Shown: piece by piece, positions 44,417 to 56,254 of the stretch
Numbering within the stretch: position 1 is the stretch's first letter
Layout: the number at the start of each line of letters is the position of its first letter
From: an uncultured Actinomycetes bacterium
GTDB taxonomy: Bacteria > Actinomycetota > UBA4738 > HRBIN12
Direction of reading: 5' to 3'
Assembly (NCBI GenBank): GCA_963746995.1
Contig: CAVVDF010000006.1
Location: 100,993-164,992 of the forward strand
DNA: 64,000 nucleotides
Notes under the pieces: model-generated
The model's database searches: none
The model's input: the letters and a program-made list of their open reading frames with translations, nothing else
Told to the model about the DNA's origin: nothing
Program-made: the position numbers and the translations under genes

Positions 44417-45627
44417 ATGAGCGACGAACCGCAGCGCTACTGGCGTAACGCCGAGCCGAAGGATGCCTACGACGTGGTCATCGTGGGCGGCGGCGGGCAC
44501 GGCCTTGCGACGGCCTACTACCTCGCCAAGAACCACGGCATCACGGACGTCTGCATCGTCGAGAAGGGTTGGCTCGCCGGCGGCAACGTCGCCCGCAACA
44601 CGACGGTGATCCGCTCGAACTACCTGTGGGACGCATCCGCCGCGATCTACGAGCACTCCCTGAAACTGTGGGAGGGCCTCGAGGACGACCTCGACTGGGA
44701 TCTCCAGTTCGACCAGAAGGGCGTGCTGAACGTCTTGCACCACATCGGCGAGATGCGGAGCTCGAACCGGCGCGTCGAGGCGAACCACCTGCAAGGGGTC
44801 GACGCCGAGATGCTCGACGCGCAGCAGGTGAAGGAGTTCTGCCCGATCATCAACATCTCGCCCGACGTGCGCTACCCGGTGATGGGCGGCGCGCTGCAAC
44901 GGCGGGGCGGCACTGCCCGCCACGACCGGATCGCGTGGGCGCTCGCGACCCGCGCCAGCGAGCGCGGCGTGGACATCGTCGAACACGCGGAAGTCACGGG
45001 GTTCCTGCGCGGCGCGGGCGGATCTGTCACCGGTGTCGAGACAACGCGCGGCGCGATACGCGCAAACAAGGTCGCGCTCGTCGCGGCCGGCCATACGAGC
45101 GTTCTGGCGTCGATGGTCGGGCTTGCGGCTGCCCGTGCAATCGCACCCGCTGCAGGCTCTCGTGAGCGCGCTCTACGAGCCGGTCCTGAACTGCGTCGTG
45201 ATGTCGAACGCCGTGCACGTCTACGTCTCGCAGGCGGACAAGGGCGAGTTCGTGATGGGCGCAGGCATCGACAGCTACAACGGCTACGCACAGCGCGGCT
45301 CGTTCCACGTGATCGAGCACCAGATGGCGGCCGCCTGCGAGCTCTTCCCGATCTTCAAGCACGCGGCGCTGCTGCGCACGTGGGGCGGCATCGTCGACAT
45401 CTGCCCCGACGCGTCGCCGATCATCGATGTCGACACCGGTGCCGGGCTTGTTCCTCAACTGCGGCTGGGGCACCGGGGGCTTCAAGGCGACGCCCGGCAG
45501 CGGCTGGGCGTTCGCCGAGACCGTCGCGACCGGTGAGCAAGCCGAGCTCGCGAAGCCGTATGCGCTGGAGCGTTTCACGACCGGCGCGCTTATCGACGAG
45601 CACGGAGCGGCGGGGGTCGCCCACTGA
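44417..45627 (+). pseudogene. soxB: sarcosine oxidase beta subunit, two frame disruptions
   Basis: '[50 protein letters not shown]' and C-terminal '[20 protein letters not shown]'. Confidence 0.8.
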
Positions 45628-45968
45628 TGCGCGCCGCCACCGTCCGCACGTTCGCGCTGTCGCTGCCCGAGGCGGAGGAGCGCGAGACCTGGGGCAATGC
45701 GACGTTCCGCGTCAACTCGAAGATCTTCGCGATGTTCGGCGAGTCCGAGCGACATCTGTGGATCAAGTCCATGCACGACGAACAGCGCGCCTTGATCGCG
45801 ATGGATCCCGAGGCGTTCTTCGTGCCCTCCTACGTCGGGTCGAAGGGCTGGGTCGGCGTCGTGGTGTCGAAAGCCGATCGCGGCGAGGTCGAGGAACTGA
45901 TCACCGAAGCCTGGCGGCTCACCGCACCGAAGCGGCTCGTCGCGGCCTTCGACGAAGGGAGCCGCCTG
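45627..45968 (+). CDS. YjbR/MmcQ-family-like small protein inserted between soxB and soxD
   Basis: '[17 protein letters not shown]...[17 protein letters not shown]'. Reads through in frame into the soxD ATG. A TGA at 45967-45969 in the +1 frame overlaps that ATG. Confidence 0.45.
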
Positions 45969-46239
45969 ATGCTGCTGATCCGCTGCCCGTGGTGCGGCCC
46001 GCGCGACGAGATCGAGTTCCGCTACGGCGGCCAGGCGCATCTCGTCTATCCCGCCGACCCCGAGGCATTGTAGCGACGAGGAGTGGGCGGACTTCCTGTT
46101 CATGCGCGACAACCCGAAGGGCGAGTGGGCCGAGCGGTGGGTGCACAGCGCCGGCTGTCGGCGGTGGTTCAATGCGGTCCGCGATACGTCGACGCATCGA
46201 GTGGTCGCGACGTATCGGATCGGCGAGGAGCGGCCGTGA
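45969..46239 (+). pseudogene. soxD: sarcosine oxidase delta subunit, one frame disruption
   Basis: '[24 protein letters not shown]' then '[42 protein letters not shown]' in the +1 frame. Confidence 0.7.
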
Positions 46240-48846
46240 GCGGACGTCTCGTGACGCGGCGGCACCTGGCTCGACCGGTCGCGGCCGGTGACGTTCTCGT
46301 TCGACGGGCGGGACGTCGAGGCGTTCGCGGGCGATACCGTCGCGAGCGCATTCCTCGCTGCGGGCGAGCGCGGCGGGTTCGCGTCGCCGATCGCGGGGCG
46401 ACCACGCGGTGTGTTCTCGGCGGGCGTCGAGGAGCCGCACGCGTTCGTCGAGATCTCCGAACCGTGGTTCGAGCCCATCCGGCCCGCGACGATGGTCAAT
46501 GTCGTTGACGATATGGTCCTGCAGAGTCGCGCGGGCGTCGGCGTGCTGCCCGCCGACGACGACACGCCGCGCCCGTCGAGGCATACCTACCGGCACGTCG
46601 AGACACTGGTGATCGGCGCGGGCGCGGCCGGACGCGCGGCGGCCGTGGCGGCGAGCGGCCGCGTGCTGCTGGTCGACGAGCAGCCGGTCGTGTCGATTCG
46701 GCGCCCGACGGCGTCGAGACCCTCGCCGACACGACCGCGACCGGCATCTACGACGAGGGCTACGTCGTGTGCTACCAGCGGCGACGGCGAGCAGCGACGT
46801 GGTGCACCACGTGCGGGCGGAGCGCGTCGTGCTCGCGACCGGCGCGCACGAGCGGCCGATCGCGTTCGCGGGGAACGACCGACCGGGCGTGATGCTCGCG
46901 TCCGCGGCTCGCGCCTTCCTCGATCGGTTCGGCGTGCTCGTCGGCGAGCGGATCGTCGTCTTCTCGACGAACCACGCCGGGCACGAGGCGGCCGAAGCGC
47001 TCGCGGACTGCCGGCGCGCAGGTCGTGGTCGTCGACCCTTCAACCGGCGGGGGCGCGACCGAGCGGCTGCGCGCCGCCGGTGTCGAGGTGCGGACCGACG
47101 CCAGCGTCGTCGCGACGACGGCGACCCGGCGCTCGTGGGAGTGACGATCGCCTCGGCCCGACGGCTGGAGGACACGATCGAGGCGGACGTGCTCGCGGTG
47201 AGCGGCGGCTGGAATCCGACGGTCCAGCTCGCCCGCGGGATCGGTATCGGGCTCGCCTACGACGACGACAAGGCGTGCTTCGTCCACGACGGCACCGGGC
47301 CCGACGTGGCTCGAGGTCGTGGGCGGCGCGGCCGGCGACGTGCCGGCCTCGTTCCCGCTGTGGGTGGTGGACGAGGGGGATGACGCCGAGAAGTACGTCG
47401 AGCCCTTGCGTGACCAGACCGTCGCCGACGTCGCGCGCGCCGTTGCGGGCGGCCTGACGAGCGCCGAGCACGTGAAGCGGGCGACGTACATCGGCACGAC
47501 GATCGATCAAGGGCGCACGAGCGGGGTCCTGACCGCCGAGATCGTGAACACGCTGCTCGGCTGGGCCCCCGGCGCGCAGGGCCCGTCGAACGCGCGGCCC
47601 CCGTACACGCCGGTGCCGTTCTCGGCCCTCGCGGGACCGGACAGCGGACCGACCTGCTCGATCCGATCCGGGTCACGCCGCTCCATGCCTGGCACGAGGC
47701 CAACGGAGCCGTCTACGAGAACGTCGGGCAATGGAAGCGGCCGCGCTACTTCCCGGTGGGCGACGAGGATATGGATGCGGCCGTGGCTCGGGAGAGACGG
47801 GCCCTGCGCACGAGCGTCGGGGTCCTCGACGCGAGCACGCTCGGGAAGATCGAGGTCGTCGGTCCGGACGCCGGCGCCTTCCTCGACCGGATGTACACGA
47901 ACCGGATGTCGAACCTCGCCGTCGGCTCGATCCGCTACGGGCTGATGCTCGGGCTCGACGGGATGGTCTTCGACGACGGCGTCGCGATGCGCCTGGCCGA
48001 GGACCGATACCTCGTGTCGACGACGACGGGCGGCGCGGCCGCCGTCCTCGACCGGTTCGAGGAATGGCTCCAGTGCGAGTGGACCGACCTGCGGGTGTAT
48101 TGCACGAGCGTGACGGAGCAGTGGGCGGTCATCGCGGTCGGCGGCCCGAACGCCCGCGAGGTGCTGACCGCCGCCGGAACCGACATCGATCTCGACGAAC
48201 GACGCGTTCCCGTTCATGACGTTCCGGGAAGGGATCGGTCGCCGGCGTCCCGGCCCGTGTCTGCCGCGTCAGCTTCACCGGAGATCTGAGCTACGAGGTG
48301 CACGTCTCGCCGTGGCACGCGCTCGCCGTGTGGGAGGTGATGACCGAGCGGGCGCGCCGTTCGGCATCACGCCCTACGGGACCGAGGCGATGCACGTGCT
48401 GCGCGCCGAGAAAGGGTTCGTGATCGTCGGCCAGGAGACGGACGGCACCCAGACGCCCGACGACCTCGGGATGTCGTGGATCGTGAACACCGGCAAGGGC
48501 GACTTCATCGGCAAGCGTTCGCTCGTGCGCAGCGACACCCTTCGCGAGGATCGCAAGCAGCTCGTCGGTCTGCTGACCGAGGAACCCGCGTTCGTGCTTC
48601 CGGAGGGGACGCAACTGCTCGCGGCAGCCGCAGATCCCGTCGCCGCCGGCGCACATGCTCGGCTGGGTCAGGTCGTCGTATGCCAGCGAAGCCGCCGGTC
48701 GCAGCATCGCGCTCGCGCTCGTCGAGCGCGGGAGCGCGCGGTCGCGGCGAGACGATCTTCGCCGAGCTCGACGGCGGGACCACGGCCGGTCACGGTCACC
48801 GACCCGGTCTTCTACGACCCCGAGGGCGGCGAGCCGCGATGGCTGA
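46236..48846 (+). pseudogene. soxA: sarcosine oxidase alpha subunit, at least 6 frame disruptions
   Basis: GTGA overlap with soxD. 'TFSFDGRDVEAFAGDTVASAFLAAG', 'HVETLVIGAGAAG', GcvT-like '[27 protein letters not shown]' and '[11 protein letters not shown]'. Confidence 0.8.
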
Positions 48847-49356
48847 ACCACGGTCGCCCTTGGCCGGTCGCAGTGCGGACCTCGCATCACTCGAGGCGGT
48901 CGAGGTGCCGTTCCTGGCGCACGTCGACGTTCGGTGTGCGGAAGAGGATGCATCGCGTCTCAGCCTGCCGCTCGTGCCGAACACGGTCCAGGGCGACATG
49001 ACTCGCGGCATGTTGTGGCTGGGTCCCGACGAGTGGCTCGTCGTGGGCGTGCCGGGCACCGCCGAAGCGACCGTTGCCGAGTTCGAGTCCGCGCTCTGGG
49101 GTCGCATCATGCGGTCGTCGACGTGAGCGCGAATCGAGCGGTGATGGAGCTGCGCGGTGAGGGCCGGCTGGCGCTGCTGGCGACCGGGTGCTCACTCGAC
49201 CTGGATCCGCGCGGCGGGTGGGTGCCCGGGGTATGCGCGCAGACGCTGTTCGCGCGGGCGCAGGTGATCCTGCAGGAGCTGGAGGGTGCGACGCGCGTGT
49301 TCGTTCGGCCGTCGTTCGCCGGCTACGTCGTTGATCGACTCCTGGCCGCTCGCTAG
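48839..49356 (+). pseudogene. soxG: sarcosine oxidase gamma subunit, one frame disruption
   Basis: ATGGCTGA overlap with the soxA stop. '[22 protein letters not shown]' and 'VVDVSANRAVMELRGEG'. Confidence 0.65.
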
Positions 49357-49427
49357 CGCCCAAAGCAGCGTTGGATCTGCGATCTCCTCCTACGCGCTCT
49401 CCCGGGTTACATACGCCCCGTGTTCGA

Positions 49428-49967
49428 TCAGGGCGAGCGGACCATCCGGTAGTCGGCGAGCAGCGTCCACGAACGACCGTCATCGGTGGAACGCTCGCCG
49501 CGCCACGTGAACGAGTCGTCACGGACATCGTGGAACGACCACCGCCGTCGAGAGCCATCCGCGTTGACACCCTCCAGCACGATGCGACCGTCGACCTCTC
49601 CTCCGGACACGGTCACCACGGCAGCTGCCTCGGGAAGGATCCACACCACGGTCCACATGTCCGCGCTCGGATCGAAGAATCGGACGGAGGTGCCGACCTG
49701 CCATTCACCGCGGCCGTCACCTTTGTCGCCGGTCCACACGTCCTGGAGCGCTTGGCCTTGAAGGATCCATCCGAACGTCAGGTGCCCCGGATAGCGTTCC
49801 TTCACGGTGCCGTCCTCATTGAAATGCGTGTAGTCGCAGTGCCACGTGCCCACGAACCCGTCGAAGATGTGGGCCTGTGTCCCTACCGCAGATCTTGGTC
49901 CGTCGGCATGGAGAACATCACGGCGCGGTACGGCTGCTGTCAGCGTCTGTGCTTGTCGGTCTCCCAT
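49428..49967 (-). CDS. hypothetical protein (DUF1579/lipocalin-like)
   Basis: About 180 aa with 'FDGFVGTWHCDY' and 'WSFHDVRDDSFTWRGERSTDDGRSW'. Confidence 0.45.
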   Translation of the reverse strand: MGDRQAQTLTAAVPRRDVLHADGPRSAVGTQAHIFDGFVGTWHCDYTHFNEDGTVKERYPGHLTFGWILQGQALQDVWTGDKGDGRGEWQVGTSVRFFDPSADMWTVVWILPEAAAVVTVSGGEVDGRIVLEGVNADGSRRRWSFHDVRDDSFTWRGERSTDDGRSWTLLADYRMVRSP

Positions 49968-49977
49968 GTCGATGAGC

Positions 49978-50844
49978 CTAGGAGGCGGTGATGCCATCCG
50001 CTGTTACGAGCCTGCGCAGTTCGGCAACCTCCCCGGATGTGAATACCCCCCGAACGGCCCTGGGTGGCACCCCGAACACAGAGCGGAAACGCGCGCTGAA
50101 GTGGCTGTGATTCGCGAACCCGAGGTCTGCCGCTAACGCGGCGAGATCATCGGCGCCCTCCGCGAGCCGTTCGCACGCCAGGGCGAGCCGGAGGCGAAGG
50201 AGATAGCCGGACACCGACATCCCGGTGATCGTGCGGAACTGCCGAGCGAGGTGAAACGGCGAGCAATGCACACCCCTCGCAAGCTCGTCGAGCCGCCACC
50301 GCCGCGCCGGCTCGGTTGCGAGCAGCGCACGAGCATCTTCGATCCGTGCGAGCTGATGGTCGTTCGGTTGACGAAAACCTTGGGTCCGTCCGAGCTCGTT
50401 CGAGACTCGTGCGAGCAGGCTCAATGCGAACTCCTCCGCTTCCATCGCGTTCAGGCCGTCGCGCCGGAGGCCCACCGCCAATGCGCGCGCGCCGAGCGTG
50501 GTCGCGGGCGCCACAGGGCCACTGAACAGCGAGCCGGGCTCGAACGCGTCCGCGAGCGTCTCCGGCGGATAGACGAGAACGAGGCATCGATCACCGCGAT
50601 CCGTGGGATGCCCGACGCGATGATCCGCACCTTCGTCGAAGATCACGGCGGAAGACGCATCGAGGATCGCACGCTCGCCAGCACGATGAACCTCGAAGAC
50701 ACCATCGAGCAGGAGGATGACCTGGGTCACGTTGGAATGTTCCTCGGGCCCGGGTTCGTCGAGCGCTGCTGTGCAAGACACGTCCCAAACTTGCACGGCT
50801 GGGTCGGACATGAGCTGGACGCTTTGCCGCTGGCTCATCGGCAC
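49978..50844 (-). CDS. AraC family transcriptional regulator
   Basis: C-terminal double HTH 'LDELARGVHCSPFHLARQFRTITGMSVSGY' and 'NHSHFSARFRSVFGVPP'. Confidence 0.8.
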   Translation of the reverse strand: MPMSQRQSVQLMSDPAVQVWDVSCTAALDEPGPEEHSNVTQVILLLDGVFEVHRAGERAILDASSAVIFDEGADHRVGHPTDRGDRCLVLVYPPETLADAFEPGSLFSGPVAPATTLGARALAVGLRRDGLNAMEAEEFALSLLARVSNELGRTQGFRQPNDHQLARIEDARALLATEPARRWRLDELARGVHCSPFHLARQFRTITGMSVSGYLLRLRLALACERLAEGADDLAALAADLGFANHSHFSARFRSVFGVPPRAVRGVFTSGEVAELRRLVTADGITAS

Positions 50845-50981
50845 ATGGTAGGGCGGATATCCCGATCGCGTTCTCGATCGACCTCGCGGACATTGCGCGA
50901 GCCGAGGGCTCCAGCTGTCGCGAGATAGATGGGCTGTCGGTCTTGTCCTAGAGTCGAATGCATGTGCGGGGAGGCGTCGCT

Positions 50982-51359
50982 ATGGCTGAGAAGGGGTTGT
51001 TGGGATGGCCGACATGGGTCGGGGTCGTCGTTGCAGACCTGCAAGTGCAGCGGCGATTCTGGGTGGAGCTCCTAGGCGAACCCAGTTATGTGGGACCTGA
51101 CTACGTGCAGTTCGACATGGGTGAAGGGCGGACGTTCGAGTTGCTCGAAAGGTCGACCGAGCCGCAATACGATCGTCCCCGCTTCCAAGTTGGCTTCGAG
51201 GTCGAGGACATCGGAAGCGCCCGCGACGAACTGATCGGGCGTGGCATCGAACCGATCACTGAGATTCCCGAAGAAGCAGAGTCACCGTGGGCCTACTTCC
51301 GTGACGCTGAAGGCAACGTGTTCGAGATCAAGCAGGGCCGCGACGGGGTCGAGTCCTAG
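50982..51359 (+). CDS. VOC (glyoxalase/bleomycin-resistance/dioxygenase) family protein
   Basis: 125 aa. 'FEVEDIGSARDEL...FRDAEGNVFEI'. Confidence 0.7.
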   Translation: MAEKGLLGWPTWVGVVVADLQVQRRFWVELLGEPSYVGPDYVQFDMGEGRTFELLERSTEPQYDRPRFQVGFEVEDIGSARDELIGRGIEPITEIPEEAESPWAYFRDAEGNVFEIKQGRDGVES

Positions 51360-51473
51360 GATGCGCCCCTCGCATTGCGGTCGGCGTCCGCACACGCGGT
51401 ATCGCTCGCGGGCCATCGGAGAGTTCTCAGTTGGGGCGGGCTGCGTCCGACGGTTCCCGCTCACCCACCCTCC

Positions 51474-53434
51474 GCCTTTCCGTCAAGCCGCGCCGGCGAC
51501 GACGGTCAGCACCTCTTCGCCGTACCGTTCGAGCTTCGCGGGACCGATCCCGTCGATCTCGAGCAATGCCGCCGACGACTCGGCTTGGCGTCGGCGATCG
51601 CCGCAAGCGTCTTGTCGTGGAAAACCACGTACGGCGGGACGCCGTCGCTCGCTCGCGCGGTCTCGCGGCGCCAGTGCGCAGCCGCTCGTACAACGGCTCG
51701 TCGCCCGTCCGGCACCGCGACCGTGCTTCTTCGGCTTGCTGGCATCGCCCTTGCTTCGGCACGTGGCCCGTCGCCTCGGCGACGAAGCCGACTCACCGGC
51801 GCGCGCGAGTCAGTCGGCCACGTGATCGCGAGCCAGTGCCGCGCTCGCGTGATGCCCGACGTAGAACAGCCGACGCTCCTCCTGCGGGTCGGCGACGCTC
51901 CGGCCGCTCTTGTACGGAAGCTCGCCCTCGAGCAGCCGCGGCAGGAACACGACGTCGAACTCGAGACCCTTGGCCCGGTGGTAAGTGAGCAGCTGCACGC
52001 CGCGTCCCGACTGCTCGACCGAGAACCGCCTCGGCAGCTCCTCGAGGAACCCCGCCATCGTGGCGTCGTCGCCGTGCGCGGCTCGCGTACTCGGCGGCCA
52101 TCGCGCGCAGGCGCCCGAGGTCGGACTGCCGCGTGACCTCCTCCTCGGCGTCGGGCGTGCGGTCGGGTCGTAGCCGAGCGCGCGGTGATCGCCTCGACCA
52201 CGCCCGTCGACCCGGCCTTCGGCCGCACGACGGAGCCGCGCCAGTACCGCTCGGGCGGCCGGCCGTTGCAGGAACGCACCGGTCCGCACCTGATACGGGA
52301 TGCCTGTCGCGGCGAACGCCTCCTCGAACGGCTCCGTCCGGGCGTTCATCCGCAGCAGGATCGCGAGACCCTCCCAGGCGCACGCCCTGCTCGTGCACGG
52401 CCGCGCTCTGGTGCCACGATCCAGGCGACCTCGGCCTCCTGCGACGCGAACGGCTTTGCGATCGGCGCGGGCCCGTCCGGCCGCGTCGCTCGCAGCTCCT
52501 TGCGGAAGCCCCCGAGCTTCGGCGGCGAGTCGGTTCGCCAGCGCCAGGACCTGCGGCGTCGAGCGGTAGTTCTCCTCGAGGCGAACGACCCGCGCCTTCG
52601 GAAATCGGTCGGGGAAGGCCAGCAGGTGCGACGGTGACGCGCCGGTGAACGCGAAGATCGTCTGGTAGTCGTCGCCGACGACGCACAGCTCGTCGCGGCC
52701 GCCGAGCCAGCGGTCGAGCAACGCCGACTGCAGCGGGTTCACATCCTGGAACTCGTCGACGGTGAACGCCGCGAACCGCTCGCGCACGAGCTGCGCGGCC
52801 TCCGGAGTGGTCGTCGAGCATGCCGGACCGCCAGCCCGAGCATGTCCTCGAAGTCGAGCACGCCGCTGCGCGTCCTTCCGGCGCTCGTAGTTCCGGAAGA
52901 GCGCCGTCCATCAGCTCGGCCGGGATCGGCGGCTCGTGCTCCTCGGTCGTCGAGCGCGGCGAGGTACGTCGTCGGGCGCGATCATCCGGTTCTTCGCCCA
53001 CTCGATCTCGCCGGCGAGCTCGCGGCGCGGCAGGAACTTGTGCGGCGGCGGAAGCGCGTTCGCGAGCGGCGTCGAGCAGCCGGGCCTTGTGGTCGAGCAC
53101 CTCGGGCAAGCGGCTCGCCGCGCGAACCGCTCGTAGAGGCCGCTCAGCTGTGCGAGCGCCGCGGCGTGGAACGTCCGCGCCTCGACGCCTTCGACACCGA
53201 GGGCGGCAAGGCGTTCGCGAAGCTCGCCCGCCGCCTTCTGCGTGTAGGTGACCGCCAGGATCTGCTCGGGCGGGAAGGTGCCGCTCGCGACCTGCCACGC
53301 GATGCGATGCGTGATGGTGGTGGTCTTGCCGGTGCCGGCGCCGGCGAGGATCGCGACCGGGCCCGCGGACGGCCTCGGCCGCCTCGCGCTGGGCAGGGTT
53401 CAAACCCTCGAGGATCGCGGTCGGCGTCGGTCAT
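51474..53434 (-). pseudogene. UvrD/PcrA-type ATP-dependent DNA helicase with C-terminal HRDC-like region, at least 5 frame disruptions
   Basis: '[12 protein letters not shown]', Walker A '[17 protein letters not shown]', 'FTVDEFQDVNPLQ' (DExx), 'LTYHRAKGLEFDVVFLP', HRDC-like 'VPPYVVFHDKTLAAIA...IDGIGPAKLERYGEEVL'. Confidence 0.7.
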
Positions 53435-53475
53435 GCGCCGCGAGGCTAGCAACGACCTCGGACAGGCCGCAGGCG

Positions 53476-53696
53476 CTACTCGGTGCCGGCGATCTCTTTG
53501 TCCATCTGCGCGAGTTCTTCCGCGTCGGGAAGGAATTCCGCCTGCTCGGCGGGGCCGATCGGCACGCCCTTCTCGATCAGGCCGGCTTCGCGGTCCTTGT
53601 TGCGCTGGGCACGCTCTTCACGGCGGGCCTCGTCGGGCCGCCTGCTTCTTCGCGTTCGCATCGCGACGCGCGCGCTTGCCATAGGAGTCGGGCATG
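53476..53696 (-). pseudogene. small Arg/Lys-rich conserved hypothetical protein (~72 aa), one frame disruption
   Basis: 'MPDSYGKRARRDANAKKQAA' then, after a shift, 'ARREERAQRNKDREAGLIEKGVPIGPAEQAEFLPDAEELAQMDKE'. Confidence 0.35.
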
Positions 53697-53736
53697 CGCC
53701 CAGTGTACGCGACGGGAACAGCAGCGCCCGGAACGG

Positions 53737-54617
53737 TCAGGCTGAAGTTCGTCGCCGAGCATGCGGCGCTGCCAGTCGGCGGTGTTCGGCACCTGGTTGA
53801 ACGTGAAGACGTGCAGCGCCTGCACGTCGGCGACGCGGGTCGGCGAGCGTCGGCGCGAGCGCCTCGAGGAACGCGTCCGGTCCGAACGAGCCCCTCTTCA
53901 TCAGGTGGCCGACCATGCTCTTGTTCTTCTTGAGGTAGCGGGCCGAGTCGGCGACGCCGATCCGGGCGCTGATCGTCATGAGCTTGGTGAGCTCCGCCAC
54001 GCCGGGCACGCCGAGGTGCAACGGGAGCGTGATGCCGTCGGCGCGCATCCGGGCGAGCCACGACGACGACGGCGCGCGGGTTGAAGCACATCTGCGTCGT
54101 CATCGCGGTGGCGTATCGCTGCTTGTCCTTCAGCGCCTGCAGCAGGACGTCGTCGGCGATGTCGGGGTGGCCCTCGGGGTAGCTCGGCACGCCGATCTCG
54201 GTGAACGGGTGGCCGAGCTCGTCCATCGCCTGCAGCAGGTGCAGCCCGTCGTGGAACATGCCGTTGTCCTTCGCGTCGCCGCCGACCACGAAGACCTTCG
54301 TGATACTGCGCCGCGCGCGCGCGGTCGAGCAGCTCCTGCAGATGCGCCCGGTCGCGGGTCATGTGTGCGGACAGGTGCGGCGTCACGTCGTGGCCGCGGG
54401 CGGCGAGCGCCTCGCAGAGGTCGAAGGTCGCCTCGATCCCGTGGCTCGGCGAGGCGGTCACGGTCACCGCGGCGCCGGGCGGCAGCGCCTCGCACTTGGC
54501 CATGACCGAGTCCAGCGGGATCAGCTCGTACTTGGCGTCGGCGACCAGCCGCTTGAGCGCGGCGCGCTGATCCTCCGTCAGCTCGGCCTTCGCCTTCTTC
54601 CAGAACATCCAGCTCAT
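53737..54617 (-). pseudogene. methylenetetrahydrofolate reductase (MetF/MTHFR family), at least 3 frame disruptions
   Basis: 'VTVTASPSHG', 'VPSYPEGHP', 'TQMCFNP', 'HVFTFNQV' (matching the FHFYTLN block). Confidence 0.65.
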
Positions 54618-54705
54618 CGCACGTGTCCCTCGGTCCGGAACCGGCGGTCATGATGCCGTATCGGCAGCGCACGCGACCGTGCAACCGGCCAACGGAACTC
54701 CGAGG

Positions 54706-56254
54706 TCAGGCGTTCGAGTCCGGGAAGCTCGCCTTCTTGCGGTCGATCCACTCGCGGAGCTCCTCGTCCTTCGCCTCGTCCAGCGGCGGGGCGACGTACT
54801 CGGCGAGCATCTGCTTCCAGATCGCGTTCGCGCGCTGGGCGGCGTCGAGCGAGCCATCGAGCTCCCACTGCTCGAAGGAGTTGTTGTCCGCGACGCTCGA
54901 CCGGTAGAAGGCGGTCTCGAAGTTGGCGAGGGTGTGCGCCGTGCCGAGGAAGTGCGTGCCCGGCTCGTTCGCGAGGATCGCATCGAGCGCCTGGCCGTTC
55001 TCCGACAGGTCCATGCCCTTGGCGAACTCGTGCATCTGGCCGCACTGGTCGAGGTCGAGGATGAACTTCTCGTAGCCCATCGCGAGGCCGCCCTCGAGCC
55101 AGCCCGGCGGCGTGCAGCACGAAGTTCACGCCGGCGAGGATCGTCGGCTGCAGCGTGTTGGCGCACTCGTAGGCGGCCTGGGCGTCGGCGACCTTCGATG
55201 CGGTGAGCGACCCGCCGCTGCGGAACGGCACGCCGAGCCGCCGGGCGCACGCGGCGAGCGCGTAGAGGATCAGCGCGGGCTCGGGCGTGCCGAACGTCGG
55301 CGCGCCGGACTGCATCGACATCGACGACGCGAACGAGCCGAACACGACCGGCGCGCCGGGCCGGACGAGCTGGACGTAGGCCATGCCCGCCATCGCTTCG
55401 GCGAGCGTCTGCGCGGCGGCGCCGGCCGGCGGTCGCGGGCGACATCGCGCCGGCGAGGATGAACGGGGTCATCAGCACCGCCTGGTTCGCCTCGGCGTAG
55501 GCCTTCGCCGCGCCGAGCATGATCGAGTCCCACACGAGCGGGCTGTTCGCGTTGCACAGGCTCAGGATGTACGTGCGCTCCTCGAGCGCGTCGGCGCCGA
55601 ACAGGATCCGCGCCATGTCGACGGTGTCGCGCGCGCGGAGCGGATGCGTGACCGAGCCCATGAACGGCTTGTCCGAGTACTTCATGTGCGCGTAGACCAT
55701 GTCGTAGTGCCGCTTGTTCACGGGCAGGTCGACCGGCTCGCACACCGTGCCGCCGGAGTGGTGCAGGAACGGCGTCACGTACGCGAGCTTCACGAAGTTC
55801 CGGAAGTCCTCGATCGTGCCGTAGCGGCGGCCGCCGTCGAGGTCGCGCACGAACGGCGATCCGTAGGCCGGCGCGAGCACGGTCGCGTTGCCGCCGAGGT
55901 GCACGGTGTTCGCCGGGTTGCGCGCGAACTGGTCGAACTCGCGCGGGGCGGTCGCCTGGATCAGCTGGCCGCGCCAGCCCGCGCGGGAACCGCACCCGCT
56001 CGCCGTCGACGTCGCAGCCCGGCCTCCGCAGGAGCGTGAGCGCGTCGGGCACCCCGCGGAAGTCGATGCCGACCGTCTCGAGGATCGTGTCGGCGTTGTG
56101 CTCGATCGTCGCGAGACCCTCCTCGGAGAGGATCTCGACCGGGGTCAGCGTGCGGGTGATGAACGGAACCTTCTCGGCCACCTCGGCGAGGCGGGCGGCG
56201 CGGCGGCCCTCGCGGCCGCCGGTACGGCGGCCGCGAGCTCTGGGTGTCGCTCAT
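54706..56254 (-). pseudogene. MttB-superfamily (trimethylamine-methyltransferase-like) corrinoid-dependent methyltransferase, probably a quaternary-amine (glycine-betaine type) member; at least 5 frame disruptions
   Basis: 'KVPFITRTLTPVEILSEEGLATIEHNADTILETVGIDF', 'YAHMKYSDKPFMGSVT', 'NANSPLVWDSIMLGAAKAYAEANQAVLMTPFILAGAMSP', C-terminus 'FILDLDQCGQMHEF...ELREWIDRKKASF'. Confidence 0.7.

Noticed and set aside
54706-56254. Pyrrolysine-encoding (amber-containing) trimethylamine methyltransferase MttB
   Set aside because: The multiple frame breaks prevent locating an in-frame TAG. High-GC actinobacteria lack pyl genes, and the neighbouring dimethylglycine and sarcosine oxidases point to a non-Pyl quaternary-amine member instead. 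This is stated as inference only.
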